Shown piece by piece: positions 40,082 through 50,199 of a DNA stretch of 64,000 nt. The first letter of the stretch is position 1, and each line of letters starts with the position of its first letter. The stretch spans positions 132,979 through 196,978 of the forward strand of contig JAHLLQ010000003.1 of assembly GCA_020444065.1 (NCBI GenBank). Direction: 5' to 3'. The stretch comes from a bacterium (GTDB taxonomy: Bacteria > Sumerlaeota > Sumerlaeia > SLMS01 > JAHLLQ01). Made by a program: the position numbers and the translations under genes. A model generated the notes under the pieces. It saw only the letters and a list, made by a program, of their open reading frames with translations, was not told the origin of the DNA and did no database searches.

Positions 40082-41862
40082 GCCCGAAGAATTTCACGCC
40101 CCGCCTTGCCGTGGGCGGCGCAGGGAGTCTGCCCCACACGGATCCGCGCGATGCGGTCGAGTTCGTGCGCCGCACGACGCCGCGTCTCCCCTACTGGCCC
40201 CAGCTTCCGGCCCGCCGTCGAGACGAGATGATGCTGGCCCAAGTGCTCGGGCACCTGCCGTTGATGCGCGCCATCGACGAAGCCCACATGCACTACCAAT
40301 GGCGCCGTGGATTCGAGCCGCGCGAGTTGGATAAGCTGGATGGCGCAATCCCCTCGGAATCCGCCGCGGGATTCGAGGTCTTTCTGCGAGCCGCCGCGCG
40401 ATTCACGGAAGCGAAGGCCTTTCGCGGCCAGACGCCCGGGCCGGTGACGCTCGCGATGGCGATCGAGCGAGAAGGCAGCAGCCCCGTCATGGACGACCCG
40501 CCGTACGCCATGGCGGTGGCGCGCTATGCCGGGCGCGTCGCGGCATGGCAGGCCCGCCAACTGGCGGCCTACGCCGAAGGGCGGCCGGTGGCGATCACCA
40601 TGGACGAGCCCGCGCTGGCCGTACTGCTGCAGCGCGGCGCCCAGGCCCGAGCCGCGCGCGAGCAGATCGAGCTGATGCTGGCCGTCGCCGCAGAAACCAT
40701 CCGCAAGGCCGGCGCGATCGTCGGGCTGCACTGCTGCAGCGACACGCATTGGCCTTCCGTCCTCAGCCTCGGCCTGGACATCGTGAATTTTGATGCGACG
40801 AACCACTTGAGCTCGTTCATGGAGCACGAGGATTCCGTGAAGACCTTCATCGACGGCGGCGGCGTGATCGCCTGGGGCGCTGTGCCCACCGATGGCAGTG
40901 GTGAAGCCGACAACGTGGCCCGCATTCTCTTCGAGGTCGTGGCGACGACGTTCGGCCCGCGCGCGCGCCAAGTCTTCCAGCAGTCCTTCATCACGCCGGC
41001 CTGCGGGCTGGGGACCCTCGATGTCGAGACGGCCGAAACCGTGATGGCGCAGTGCCAGCAGGTTGCCGATATGCTGCGACGCCAGATGGGGCCGAGCTTC
41101 TCGACGAGTTCCGATGCCCTGCCCGCTGAGGGCACCCCCGCTCCGGAACCGGAGCCCGCGCCCGAAGCGGAAGAACCTCCGGTCGTAGAGGAAGAGGAGT
41201 CACCCGCCGAGGCCGAGGAGCAGGCGCCGGCTCGCCTGCGCATCACGCGCGTCTACACGAAGACCGGCGACGACGGAAAGACCGGCCTCGTTGGTGGCCA
41301 GCGCGTCGGCAAGAACGACCCGCGGATCGAGGCCTACGGAACCGTGGACGAGCTGGCGGCGGCGCTGGGCGCGGCGCGCCTGGCCGTCGAGACGGAGAAC
41401 GGCCAGTTCGAATCGATCGAGCAGGCAGAGATGCTCGATTCCCATCTGCAATTCATCCAGAATCAGCTTTTCACGCTCGGCGGCGACCTGGCGACGCAGC
41501 TTGAAGATCGCCACCCGCAGATGCCCCTGATTGGCGAGGCCGAGACGGCCTATCTGGAACGGCTCTGCGACAGCTTCAACGCGGAGCTCGAGCCGCTGCA
41601 GGACTTCATTCTCGCCGGCGGCAGCTCCACGGCCGTCGCCTTGCACCAGGCCCGCACCATCGCCCGTCGCGCCGAACGCCGTACCGTGACGCTCAGTATG
41701 ATCGAGAACATCGGTCCGCATGCCACCGTGTACCTGAATCGACTCAGCGACGCCCTCTTCGTGCTCGCTCGGTGGGCAAACCGACACCAAGGGATGGACG
41801 AAACCACATGGCAGCGCGATCAGCCCGAGCCCGCCATGCCGGAATCCAACGAGACGGAGTAG
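40078..41862 (+). CDS. Fusion of a MetE-like (UroD/MetE-fold, Zn-dependent methyltransferase-like) domain with a PduO-type ATP:cob(I)alamin adenosyltransferase.
   Basis: N-terminal 'LHCCSD' and 'ITPACGLGT' resemble the MetE-family Zn ligands. Acidic/Pro linker. C-terminal 'ITRVYTKTGDDGKTGLVGGQRVGKNDPRIEAYGTVDEL' is the PduO/MMAB signature. ATGA overlap with the upstream gene. Confidence 0.7.
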   Translation: MSPKNFTPRLAVGGAGSLPHTDPRDAVEFVRRTTPRLPYWPQLPARRRDEMMLAQVLGHLPLMRAIDEAHMHYQWRRGFEPRELDKLDGAIPSESAAGFEVFLRAAARFTEAKAFRGQTPGPVTLAMAIEREGSSPVMDDPPYAMAVARYAGRVAAWQARQLAAYAEGRPVAITMDEPALAVLLQRGAQARAAREQIELMLAVAAETIRKAGAIVGLHCCSDTHWPSVLSLGLDIVNFDATNHLSSFMEHEDSVKTFIDGGGVIAWGAVPTDGSGEADNVARILFEVVATTFGPRARQVFQQSFITPACGLGTLDVETAETVMAQCQQVADMLRRQMGPSFSTSSDALPAEGTPAPEPEPAPEAEEPPVVEEEESPAEAEEQAPARLRITRVYTKTGDDGKTGLVGGQRVGKNDPRIEAYGTVDELAAALGAARLAVETENGQFESIEQAEMLDSHLQFIQNQLFTLGGDLATQLEDRHPQMPLIGEAETAYLERLCDSFNAELEPLQDFILAGGSSTAVALHQARTIARRAERRTVTLSMIENIGPHATVYLNRLSDALFVLARWANRHQGMDETTWQRDQPEPAMPESNETE

Positions 41863-41868
41863 CGCCCC

Positions 41869-42081
41869 ATGCCGATTACGCATTGCTACTGCAAGAACCT
41901 CGCGTTCCGCGAGATCCTGGCGTGGGCGAGGGAGAACGAAGTCCTGACCGCCGAAGAGGTGGCGCGCCGGTTGAATTGCGGCAAGTCCTGTCGCCTCTGC
42001 CTGCCGTACATTGCCTACTGCCTCGCCACCGGCGTTACCGAAGTGCCCTATCCCTGCCCCCCGTTGGATTCGCCGGGATGA
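41869..42081 (+). CDS. Bfd-like [2Fe-2S]-binding domain protein.
   Basis: 70 aa; C-x-C ... C-x2-C pattern ('HCYC'...'CGKSCRLC') typical of BFD-like ferredoxins. Confidence 0.65.
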   Translation: MPITHCYCKNLAFREILAWARENEVLTAEEVARRLNCGKSCRLCLPYIAYCLATGVTEVPYPCPPLDSPG

Positions 42082-42983
42082 GAGCCGACCGAACATTGCG
42101 TGTTCTGGCGCTCGCGGGTGCCGTTCTCGCGCTGGTGCTCGTGGCAAGGGCCCCGGCGGCCCCAGCCGATGATCCGACCACGCCCACACGCATCATCTCC
42201 TGCGCACCAAACCTGACCCAGATGCTCTTCGCCCTCGGCGCCGGCGACCAGGTGGTGGGCGTGACGCGCTACTGCCAGGACCCGCCCGAGGCCGCGACGC
42301 GCCCGGCGATGGGGGACCTCTTCAGCCCCAACCTGGAGGCCATGGTCGCCGCCGATCCGGACATGGTTGTTGCCTATCCCAGCAGCGCAAAGGTGATCGA
42401 TTTCTTCAATAACCGACAAGCCATTCGGCTTGTCGTTACCAATACTTGCGAAACCCGCGAAGAGATCGCCCGCACCATGCGCGATCTCGGCCGAGCCCTT
42501 GGTCGAGAGGATCGAGCGGAGGAGTTGATTGCCGCAACAAACGCTGATATTGCTCGACTTGAGGATGGCTGGAAGGACGAGCCACCGCTCAAGGTCCTGA
42601 TCGTTGTCGGTCGCCAGCCCGGCAGCCTGGCGAATCTCTATGCCGCCGGGAGGGGCACCTATCTGGACGAGCTTTTGACGATTTCGGGCGCGGAGAACGT
42701 CGTCCCTGGGGAGCTTGGTAAGTATCCCGTCCTCAACCGCGAGGCCATCCTCTCCATGCGGCCCGATGTCATCATCGAAACGCACCACGAGGAGGAGACC
42801 GATCGGGAACACGCCGAGGCGCGCGCCGCCTGGAAGGCCATGTCGCCCCTGCCAGCCGTGCGCGATGGGAGGATCCTCTTCCTGATGGACAAGCGCGTCC
42901 TCTTGCCGGGGGCTTTCCTCGAACGCGACGCACGCACGCTGCACGATCTGATCCGCCCTGAGACCGTCGGCACGGAGCCATGA
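42078..42983 (+). CDS. btuF: Periplasmic substrate-binding protein of a cobalamin/iron-siderophore ABC transporter (BtuF-like).
   Basis: Signal peptide. 'IISCAPNLTQMLFALGAGDQVVGVTRYC' is the BtuF/FecB-family N-terminal motif. ATGA coupling to Bfd. Confidence 0.7.
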   Translation: MRADRTLRVLALAGAVLALVLVARAPAAPADDPTTPTRIISCAPNLTQMLFALGAGDQVVGVTRYCQDPPEAATRPAMGDLFSPNLEAMVAADPDMVVAYPSSAKVIDFFNNRQAIRLVVTNTCETREEIARTMRDLGRALGREDRAEELIAATNADIARLEDGWKDEPPLKVLIVVGRQPGSLANLYAAGRGTYLDELLTISGAENVVPGELGKYPVLNREAILSMRPDVIIETHHEEETDREHAEARAAWKAMSPLPAVRDGRILFLMDKRVLLPGAFLERDARTLHDLIRPETVGTEP

Positions 42984-43762
42984 AAAGCGCTTACACCATT
43001 GAAAACGTACGGTTTGCCTATTCTGGGCCATCGCCGCTGCTGGATAGCGTTGACCTGGAGATTCCCGCTGGCCGCATCGTCGCCATCGTCGGCCCGAATG
43101 GCGCCGGCAAGAGCACCCTCCTGCGCCTGATGACGGGTCTGCTGAGGCCCGAGAGAGGCCGGATTCTGCTCCAGGGCAATCCCCTCCAGGCGATGCCACG
43201 CCGCGAGATCGCCCGGACCGTTGCCGTCGTTCCTCAAGGCGAATCATCCGCCTTCCCGTTCACGGTCGAGGAGATTGTGCAGATGGGCCGCGCGCCTCAT
43301 CTGCGGGGTCCCCTGGCCCAGGAATCTGAGGACGACGTCGCGATTTCCCGACAAGCTATACGGCTTGTCGGGCTGGAGCCCCTGCTCCACCGCCCGGTCT
43401 CCCAGCTTTCCGGCGGAGAGCGACAACTCGTACTGATCGCCCGGGCCTTTGCACAGCAGACGCCGATCCTGTTGTTGGACGAGCCGACGGCGTCGCTCGA
43501 TCTCGCGCACCAGCAACAGATCCTCCGCCTCGTCGTCCGCCAGGCGCGCGAGCAGTCCCAGACTGTCGTACTGATTTTGCACGACTTGAACCTCGCCGTT
43601 CGCTTCTGCGACGAGATCGTGGTGCTGCACGAGGGTCGCGTTGCCGCCCACGGTACGCCGGAGGAGATCCTGCAGCTCGAGCTCCTTGAGCGCGTCTACG
43701 CCGCCGAGATCTGGACGGCGCCCGGGCCGGACGGACACCCGATCGTGGGGTTGCGGCCATGA
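42980..43762 (+). CDS. btuD: ABC transporter ATP-binding protein (BtuD/FecE-like).
   Basis: Walker A 'GPNGAGKST', signature 'LSGGERQ', Walker B 'LLLDEPTASLD'. Confidence 0.8.
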   Translation: MKSAYTIENVRFAYSGPSPLLDSVDLEIPAGRIVAIVGPNGAGKSTLLRLMTGLLRPERGRILLQGNPLQAMPRREIARTVAVVPQGESSAFPFTVEEIVQMGRAPHLRGPLAQESEDDVAISRQAIRLVGLEPLLHRPVSQLSGGERQLVLIARAFAQQTPILLLDEPTASLDLAHQQQILRLVVRQAREQSQTVVLILHDLNLAVRFCDEIVVLHEGRVAAHGTPEEILQLELLERVYAAEIWTAPGPDGHPIVGLRP

Positions 43763-44781
43763 CCAAGCGACCCCGCATCGCCATTGTTTTTGCGAGCCTG
43801 ATTGTGCTCCTCGCGATCGTCTTCATCGTCTCGCCGCTGGTCGGCCCAACGTCGATCTCCTGGTCGCGCGCTCTCGATCATTCGATCCCGATCGACCAAA
43901 ACACCGATCGCCTGATCTTCGAAACCATCCGACTGCCGCGGGCGCTCTTCGGCGTGCTGGCAGGAGCCGTGCTGGCCTTGGCCGGCGCGGTCTTCCAGGC
44001 ACTCTTGCGAAACGACCTGGCGACGCCTTACACCCTCGGTATCAGCGGCGGCGCGACCTTCGGCGCTCTCGGCACCATCCATCTCCTTGCCGCGGGCGTC
44101 GCCACCGGCTTCGCTGCCCTGCTCATCCCGGGGGCCGCCTTTGCCGGAGCCGCCATCGCCGTGGCGCTGATCCTCGCTCTTGCGCACCGCCCTCGCGTAG
44201 CCGATCGCATGAGCACGCTCCTGCTGGCGGGCGTGACCATGAACCTGATCTTCGCCGCCGGCGTCCTGATCCTCCAGTACCTCGCCAACCCTTACGAAGC
44301 CTACGGCATGCTGCGCTGGATGATGGGCGGGCTCGACGTCGCCAGCCTCACCGTCCCCGGGCTGCTGCTGCTGCCCGTCCTTGCTGGCGGCGCCTTCCTG
44401 ATCTCGCGAGCGCACGCGTTGAACCTCATGACCTTGGGCGACGCGACCGCCACCCACCTTGGCATCGACGCCAAGCGCACGCGCCTGACCTGCCTCGGGG
44501 TCGCTGCAGCGCTGACTTCTCTGATCGTGGCGTATGCCGGGCCGATCGGGTTCGTCGGCCTGATCGTCCCCCACGCCATTCGTCGGCTGCTGGGGCCCGA
44601 CAATCGAATCCTCCTGCCTGCCTCCGCCCTGGCAGGCGCCGCGTTCCTGATCGCGTGCGACACCGCCGCTCGTGCCATCGGCGGAGCCACTGAAATTCCC
44701 GTCGGAATATTGACCGCCTGCCTGGGCGGCCCATTCTTCCTTTGGATCCTCTTCCGCCAGGGCGCGGCCGCCACTCGCTGA
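43759..44781 (+). CDS. btuC: ABC transporter permease, FecCD/BtuC family.
   Basis: Nine to ten TM helices. 'LGISGGATFGA' FecCD motif. Confidence 0.8.
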   Translation: MTKRPRIAIVFASLIVLLAIVFIVSPLVGPTSISWSRALDHSIPIDQNTDRLIFETIRLPRALFGVLAGAVLALAGAVFQALLRNDLATPYTLGISGGATFGALGTIHLLAAGVATGFAALLIPGAAFAGAAIAVALILALAHRPRVADRMSTLLLAGVTMNLIFAAGVLILQYLANPYEAYGMLRWMMGGLDVASLTVPGLLLLPVLAGGAFLISRAHALNLMTLGDATATHLGIDAKRTRLTCLGVAAALTSLIVAYAGPIGFVGLIVPHAIRRLLGPDNRILLPASALAGAAFLIACDTAARAIGGATEIPVGILTACLGGPFFLWILFRQGAAATR

Positions 44782-44907
44782 TCCGTAAGATCCAACACCA
44801 CCAACTGCCAATGTCCTTGAGAGCATCCGGGTTGCGTTGGGTCCGGGGGGTGGGGCTGAATTACAGATTGGGCTTTGGCCCACGATTTTGTGCCAGGGAG
44901 TACTTCT

Positions 44908-46251
44908 ATGAGCCAGCCGATCGTTTCTATCGCCGGATTGCGGGGGATTGTCGGTACGTCTTTCACGCCGGAGATTATTCTGCCGTACGTGGCCGCTTTT
45001 GCGGATCTGGTGAAGCCGAAGCGCGTGGTCGTGGGCGGCGACAGTCGTCCGTCGCGTGCGTGGGCGCAGCCGGTTGTGGAGTCGATTCTACGGTCGCGCG
45101 GGGTGGATGTGATCTCGATCGGGCTGGTGCCGACGCCGACGATGGGGATGGCGGTGCGGCGCTACAAGGCGGGCGGCGGCATTGCGATTACGGCGAGCCA
45201 CAATCCGTCGGAATGGAACGGGCTGAAGTTCTTTCACTCGAAGGGCGAGTTTCTGACGCCGAAGCATCACGAGCAGTTGCATGCGCTGATGAAGAAGCCC
45301 GCGTCGCCGAAGGGCACTGCGAAGATCGGCAGTTGGCGCGAGGAAACGGACATGGCGCAGTATCACCTGGAGCAGTTGCTGAAGGCGTTGCCGCAGGTGA
45401 CTCGCCGGCGGCGCAAGCTGCGCATCGTGATCGATTGCTGCAATGGTGCTGGGACGATTCTGGCTCCGTTGGTGGCGACGGCGTTGGGCGTGAAGGTCGA
45501 TGCGATTTTCGACGATCCCGGGCGGACGTTCCCGCGCGGGGCGGAGCCGTTGCCGAAGAATCTGCGTGTGTTGTCACGCGAGGTGAAGCGCATTGGGGCG
45601 GATTTGGGTGCGGCGATCGATCCCGATGCAGATCGCATTGCGTTTGTGGATGAAACGGGTCGCCCGATTGGCGAGGAGAGGACGCTGATTCTGGCGGCGG
45701 ATTCGTACCTGTCGCTGACGGGCGAGAAGACAAAGCTTGTGGCGAATCTTTCGACGAGCATGGGGCTGGATCGCCTGGCGGAGAAGTACAACACGACGGT
45801 GAAGCGCACGAAGATCGGCGAGGCGCATGTTCTGGCGGGGATTCGCGCGGCGCGTGCGAAGATCGGCGGCGAAGGAAACGGCGGCGTGATCTTGCCACTG
45901 GTGCATCCGGGTCGCGATGCGGCGACGGCGCTGGCGTTGATTCTGCTCGGCATGCAAACGAGGAACAAGACGCTGTCGAAGTGGAACGAGGTCGTGACGG
46001 ACTATGAGCTCGTGAAGGGCAAAGTGGAACTCGGTGGCTTGTCGGTTGCTGAAACGCTGAAGCGCGCGAAGGCGGAGTTCAAGGACGCCGTCTCCGTGGA
46101 CGAAACGGACGGCGTGAAGTTCCTGTGGGACAACGCGTGGGTGCATTTGCGTCCAAGCGGAACGGAGCCGATTCTGCGCATCTTTGTTGAGGCGCCGACA
46201 AAAGCGGATGCGCGCAAGCTGGTGAAGCGCGCTGGAAACGCGATCGCGTAA
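44908..46251 (+). CDS. Phosphohexomutase (phosphoglucosamine mutase/phosphomannomutase family).
   Basis: Active-site 'ITASHNPSEWNGLKF'. Metal-binding 'DPDADR'. Four-domain layout. Confidence 0.8.
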   Translation: MSQPIVSIAGLRGIVGTSFTPEIILPYVAAFADLVKPKRVVVGGDSRPSRAWAQPVVESILRSRGVDVISIGLVPTPTMGMAVRRYKAGGGIAITASHNPSEWNGLKFFHSKGEFLTPKHHEQLHALMKKPASPKGTAKIGSWREETDMAQYHLEQLLKALPQVTRRRRKLRIVIDCCNGAGTILAPLVATALGVKVDAIFDDPGRTFPRGAEPLPKNLRVLSREVKRIGADLGAAIDPDADRIAFVDETGRPIGEERTLILAADSYLSLTGEKTKLVANLSTSMGLDRLAEKYNTTVKRTKIGEAHVLAGIRAARAKIGGEGNGGVILPLVHPGRDAATALALILLGMQTRNKTLSKWNEVVTDYELVKGKVELGGLSVAETLKRAKAEFKDAVSVDETDGVKFLWDNAWVHLRPSGTEPILRIFVEAPTKADARKLVKRAGNAIA

Positions 46252-46265
46252 AAAGGGACGGAGTC

Positions 46266-47693
46266 ATGTCGCGACTGCTGATTTTGGGAGTTGGCCCCCG
46301 ACCGGCACCGGCCGCGCGCCAGGTGTTTGCTCCCGGATTGCGCCTGGCGACGATGATTCACGAGTTGGCGGCGGACGGTCACGAGATCGCAGTCGGGGAG
46401 TTTCTCTTTGGCGGGGCGGAGAAAGCCGCAGAGGATCAGTCCGATGGAGTTGCCCGGCATGAATTCCTGCCTTCGGATATTCCGCAAGCTGCGGATCGCA
46501 TTGCGGCGCTGGCGCGCGAGCACAATGCCGATGCCGTTGTGGCGCTGACGGATGTGGCTGCGCTGGCGGCCGTTCGGTCGGAATTCGATGGGCCGCTCTA
46601 TATCGATTACAACGGCCATCCGATGGCAGAGCGGCAGATGCAGGCCGAGGTTCACGGCAGCAACGCGGCGCTGCACGATCAGTGGCTCTATGTTCTGCCG
46701 GTTCTGGTGCGCGCGGATATGTTTGGCGTTTGTTCCGGAGCGCAGCGCTATGCGTTGCTGGGCGAATTGGGCGCTGCGGGACGGCTGAATGCGGCGACGT
46801 GCGGCCATGAACTGGTTCAAGTTCTTCCGGTCGTGTTGCCGTTTGACGAACCGTTTCGTTCTTCTCAGCGGGGTTATCTTCGGGGCGGCATTGTTCCCGA
46901 AGATGCGCGGATCATCTTGTTCACCGGCGGCTACAACACGTGGCTAGATGAAGCGACTTTATTCGAGGCGGTCGAGCGCGTTCTCGCAAACGATCCGCAA
47001 GCGGTGTATGTGACGACCGGCGGTGAGATTGAAGGGCATGTGAACAAGGTCTTTCGGAACTTTCGCGCTCGTGTCGAGAAGTCGCCGCACCGGGACCGCT
47101 ATCATTTCCTCGGTTGGATCGAGCATGATCGATTCATCGATTGTTGTTTGGAAGCAGACGTTGGTGTTTCGTGCGACCGCTGGACGCTGGAGGGCGAGTT
47201 GGGTTGCCGCAACCGGCTGTTCGGTTGGCTATGGGCTGGAATGCGCGCCGTGATGAACGATCCGACGGAAATCACGGCAGAGTTCGCCGATGCGGGATTG
47301 ATCGCTACGGCCCGTGCTGGAGACGCCGCCGACTTTGCGGAGAAACTGGGGACGGAGTTGCGCCTTGGGCGTTTCGATGAGCAGGAAGCAGAACGTCGGC
47401 GGGAGAAGTTGCACGAGCTTCGTGGGGCGGGAAAGTGCTACGAGCCACTGCGGAATTGGGCGAAGAATCCTCAGCCCGCACCGGATCGGGTCGCCACGGG
47501 ACAAGTTGAGAATCCACTCGTGAATTTGCAGCGCGAGTTTCTGAACCGAGACGAGACCGTGTCGCGCGACGTGGAAGAATTGGTTCAGCGGCTGTCCGGA
47601 AGCCGGGCGTTTGGGGTTTATGAGAACCTTCATCCGGATGTCCGGCGTCTGCTGGAACGGATCCGGAGTCGTATCGAGAGCAAGAAAGAATAG
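46266..47693 (+). CDS. Putative GT-B fold (GT4-like) glycosyltransferase.
   Basis: N-terminal 'LLILGVGP...LAADGHEIAV' and C-terminal GT-B-like region. Weak. Confidence 0.45.
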   Translation: MSRLLILGVGPRPAPAARQVFAPGLRLATMIHELAADGHEIAVGEFLFGGAEKAAEDQSDGVARHEFLPSDIPQAADRIAALAREHNADAVVALTDVAALAAVRSEFDGPLYIDYNGHPMAERQMQAEVHGSNAALHDQWLYVLPVLVRADMFGVCSGAQRYALLGELGAAGRLNAATCGHELVQVLPVVLPFDEPFRSSQRGYLRGGIVPEDARIILFTGGYNTWLDEATLFEAVERVLANDPQAVYVTTGGEIEGHVNKVFRNFRARVEKSPHRDRYHFLGWIEHDRFIDCCLEADVGVSCDRWTLEGELGCRNRLFGWLWAGMRAVMNDPTEITAEFADAGLIATARAGDAADFAEKLGTELRLGRFDEQEAERRREKLHELRGAGKCYEPLRNWAKNPQPAPDRVATGQVENPLVNLQREFLNRDETVSRDVEELVQRLSGSRAFGVYENLHPDVRRLLERIRSRIESKKE

Positions 47694-47703
47694 GCGAGAG
47701 AAC

Positions 47704-48240
47704 ATGTCATTTCAGAAGTCCCACACGCCAGAGGATCAATCTCCCGCAACGATTGAGGAGCATCTTGAGATCGAGTGCATTCGCGAGCGCATCTTACGCG
47801 CCGACTCGTACAAGGATGCGTACGCGCTGATCAACGAGCAGTTGAACGCAATTCACATGCGCGCCACAGGCGTGATCACGATCGCGGGCGTCGTTGTGAC
47901 GGTGACGGGATTCAGCGGGCGGACGATTGCGGGGACAAGCTTGTTGGCGCAGATTCTTGTCGTGAGCGGCCTGCTGGCGTGTGTGCTGGCGGCGGCGATC
48001 ACGATGCTCTACGTGACGCCAGTGCGTTGGCTGACGTCGTACATGCACCTGGATCCGGAGCAGTGGTTGCTCGCCGCCATTCGTCGTCGGGACAAGAAGA
48101 CGAAGGCGCACCGGATCGCCGTGATCGTGCTGGTGATCGGGCTGACGTTGTATGGGCTATCGATTTGCCAGATGCTGATGTTCCCGTTCGAACACATGAT
48201 TCACGAGCAGCAAGAGGTCCCGGTTGTGCAGCAGGACTAG
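47704..48240 (+). CDS. Small membrane protein (hypothetical).
   Basis: Four hydrophobic helices. Start 'MSFQKSH'. Confidence 0.4.
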   Translation: MSFQKSHTPEDQSPATIEEHLEIECIRERILRADSYKDAYALINEQLNAIHMRATGVITIAGVVVTVTGFSGRTIAGTSLLAQILVVSGLLACVLAAAITMLYVTPVRWLTSYMHLDPEQWLLAAIRRRDKKTKAHRIAVIVLVIGLTLYGLSICQMLMFPFEHMIHEQQEVPVVQQD

Positions 48241-48248
48241 CCGGCGGG

Positions 48249-50030
48249 CTATTTCTTTTCTCGATCCAAACGCCGCTTGATGGCGGTGTATTTCGCTTCA
48301 TTCGCCTTGTTGATCGGATTGACCTTCGCGGCATCCTCCTTCGGGCCGGGGTAGACGATCGCGCCGCGCTCGCGAAGGCTCTCGCGCAGCTTCTGGGCGC
48401 CGTTGGGAGCCTTGATGCTGAGCCATTGATCAGTGAGAAGCTTCACGATGACTGCATTCTCATCTTTGCGTAGCCAATCGGGGAAATCGGTCGGCTTGTC
48501 GCGTCGGCCGAGGTCATCGATGAAGTAGGTGGTGCCGCGTTTCTTGATCAGTTCCCATCCAGCTTTCTTTTCGTGGCCGACGCCGCCGCGGCCGGAGACT
48601 TCCATGTGTGCGACTTCGCGATCGTTCAGGCCGAGGATGTCGAATGTCGGCAGGCCGCTGACGTAAGGCACGACGCCGGCCGCGCCGATTGCGAGGCGTT
48701 CGTCGGGGTCTGCAAATTCTCGCAGCCACTCGCCGACGGGGTGCCACTGGCTTTCCCAGTTCCAGAGTTGGTAGTGAATGGCCGGCGCGATCTTCAGTTC
48801 GCCGAGTGCCTTGACGTGCGGGTTATTGAGAGATGTGTAGAAGGCGCGGCCCATCATAGTGCCACCCAGGAGTGTCAACAGGGCCAACACGAGCGGACGC
48901 GCGATGGCTTCCCAACGATCGCGCGAAGGGAGCCAGCCGGAGATGGCTTCGAAGCTGAGCGGAACAAGCAACGCGATGAACGGAATCGTCGGCGCGAGAA
49001 GACGGAACTCGAAGACGTCGCCGCCGGTGTAGGCCAGGTAGAGACACATTCCGGCGGTAAGAAGACAGAGCGTTGCGATCTGTCCCGAGATCGGGCGGTG
49101 GCGCTGGAAGACGACAGCAATGAAGCCGATCAGTCCGCAGAACGCCAGAATCATCCAATGCAAGTAGTTGATATCGAGATAGAGGCGCACGTACGGAATG
49201 CCGTTCTCGAAGTACGCGCCGGGGACTTTTGCGTAGAATGTGTTCGGCAACCACGCGCCGTAGTAGGCGTGTCGCCAGAGCAAATGCGTGCCGCCGATGA
49301 CGGCGCATACGCCGCCCCAGATGAGCACGCGGCGCCAGCCCTTCCACGCACCGGGTACGCCCTTCGCAAAAACGAGTCGGCGGAAAATCAGCACGGAGCC
49401 GAGGATGAGGCCGAGCATGTAGGCTTCCGGTCGCGTGAGCAGTGCAAGCGCCATGGGGATGGCGCTCCAGGGACGTTGTGCATGGAGTGGCGTGAATTCC
49501 TCGCGCAGGAAACGGCCGGTTGCGACAGCCACGAGGAAGGTGAAGAAGTGCGTCTCAAGTCCGCCGGCCATCCACGCGTGCAGCGTCTCGTGGCAGGCAA
49601 CGAGTCCGACGCCGAGCCACAACCAGCGGTGGCCGGCTTCGCCGCGGCGGAGGAGCTCCCACCAGACGACGACGACGATCAGCAGGCCGAACAGGCGATT
49701 CCAGAAGAGCATCAGGTGCTCGGGATGTTTTGTGAAGAAGAAGTGGACGCTCATGAAGAGCATCCACAGGAAATTCGTGTAGCCTTCGACGGGTTCTTCG
49801 CCGGGGTTGTAGACGGGGCCGTGGCCTTCGAACAAGTTGCGCGCGTAGCGGAGCGAGATGAACGCGTCGTCCAGGAGGATCGTGTAGCGCAATCCCATCA
49901 TCAGGGCGATGACCAGGCCGAAAACGAGAATCCCGAGCGCAGCGGGGGACATGGCCAGCAGCCATGACCGTCGACGCGAGAGGGCGTCGAGATTCGGCGA
50001 TGGATTGTAGCGCATGAATGGGGAAATCAT
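48249..50030 (-). CDS. Polytopic membrane protein, putatively a GT-C-type glycosyltransferase (ArnT/PMT-like).
   Basis: More than 12 TM helices, then a soluble C-terminal domain. Lies in a polysaccharide-gene neighbourhood. Start at 50030 or 50015. Confidence 0.5.
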   Translation of the reverse strand: MISPFMRYNPSPNLDALSRRRSWLLAMSPAALGILVFGLVIALMMGLRYTILLDDAFISLRYARNLFEGHGPVYNPGEEPVEGYTNFLWMLFMSVHFFFTKHPEHLMLFWNRLFGLLIVVVVWWELLRRGEAGHRWLWLGVGLVACHETLHAWMAGGLETHFFTFLVAVATGRFLREEFTPLHAQRPWSAIPMALALLTRPEAYMLGLILGSVLIFRRLVFAKGVPGAWKGWRRVLIWGGVCAVIGGTHLLWRHAYYGAWLPNTFYAKVPGAYFENGIPYVRLYLDINYLHWMILAFCGLIGFIAVVFQRHRPISGQIATLCLLTAGMCLYLAYTGGDVFEFRLLAPTIPFIALLVPLSFEAISGWLPSRDRWEAIARPLVLALLTLLGGTMMGRAFYTSLNNPHVKALGELKIAPAIHYQLWNWESQWHPVGEWLREFADPDERLAIGAAGVVPYVSGLPTFDILGLNDREVAHMEVSGRGGVGHEKKAGWELIKKRGTTYFIDDLGRRDKPTDFPDWLRKDENAVIVKLLTDQWLSIKAPNGAQKLRESLRERGAIVYPGPKEDAAKVNPINKANEAKYTAIKRRLDREKK

Positions 50031-50199
50031 GGAGCCGGGCCTCGGGGTTTCGTTGCTTCTCGCCACTTGGCCCAAGCCTCGGCGGGCGGGCAACGGGGTT
50101 TTTCGATTTTCCCGACGGAAGAATGCCGATTGCCATTCGGCAGCGGAGCGGCAATAGTGCGCAGACACAACAAAACATCAACTTCGGGAGGGGTTTCCG

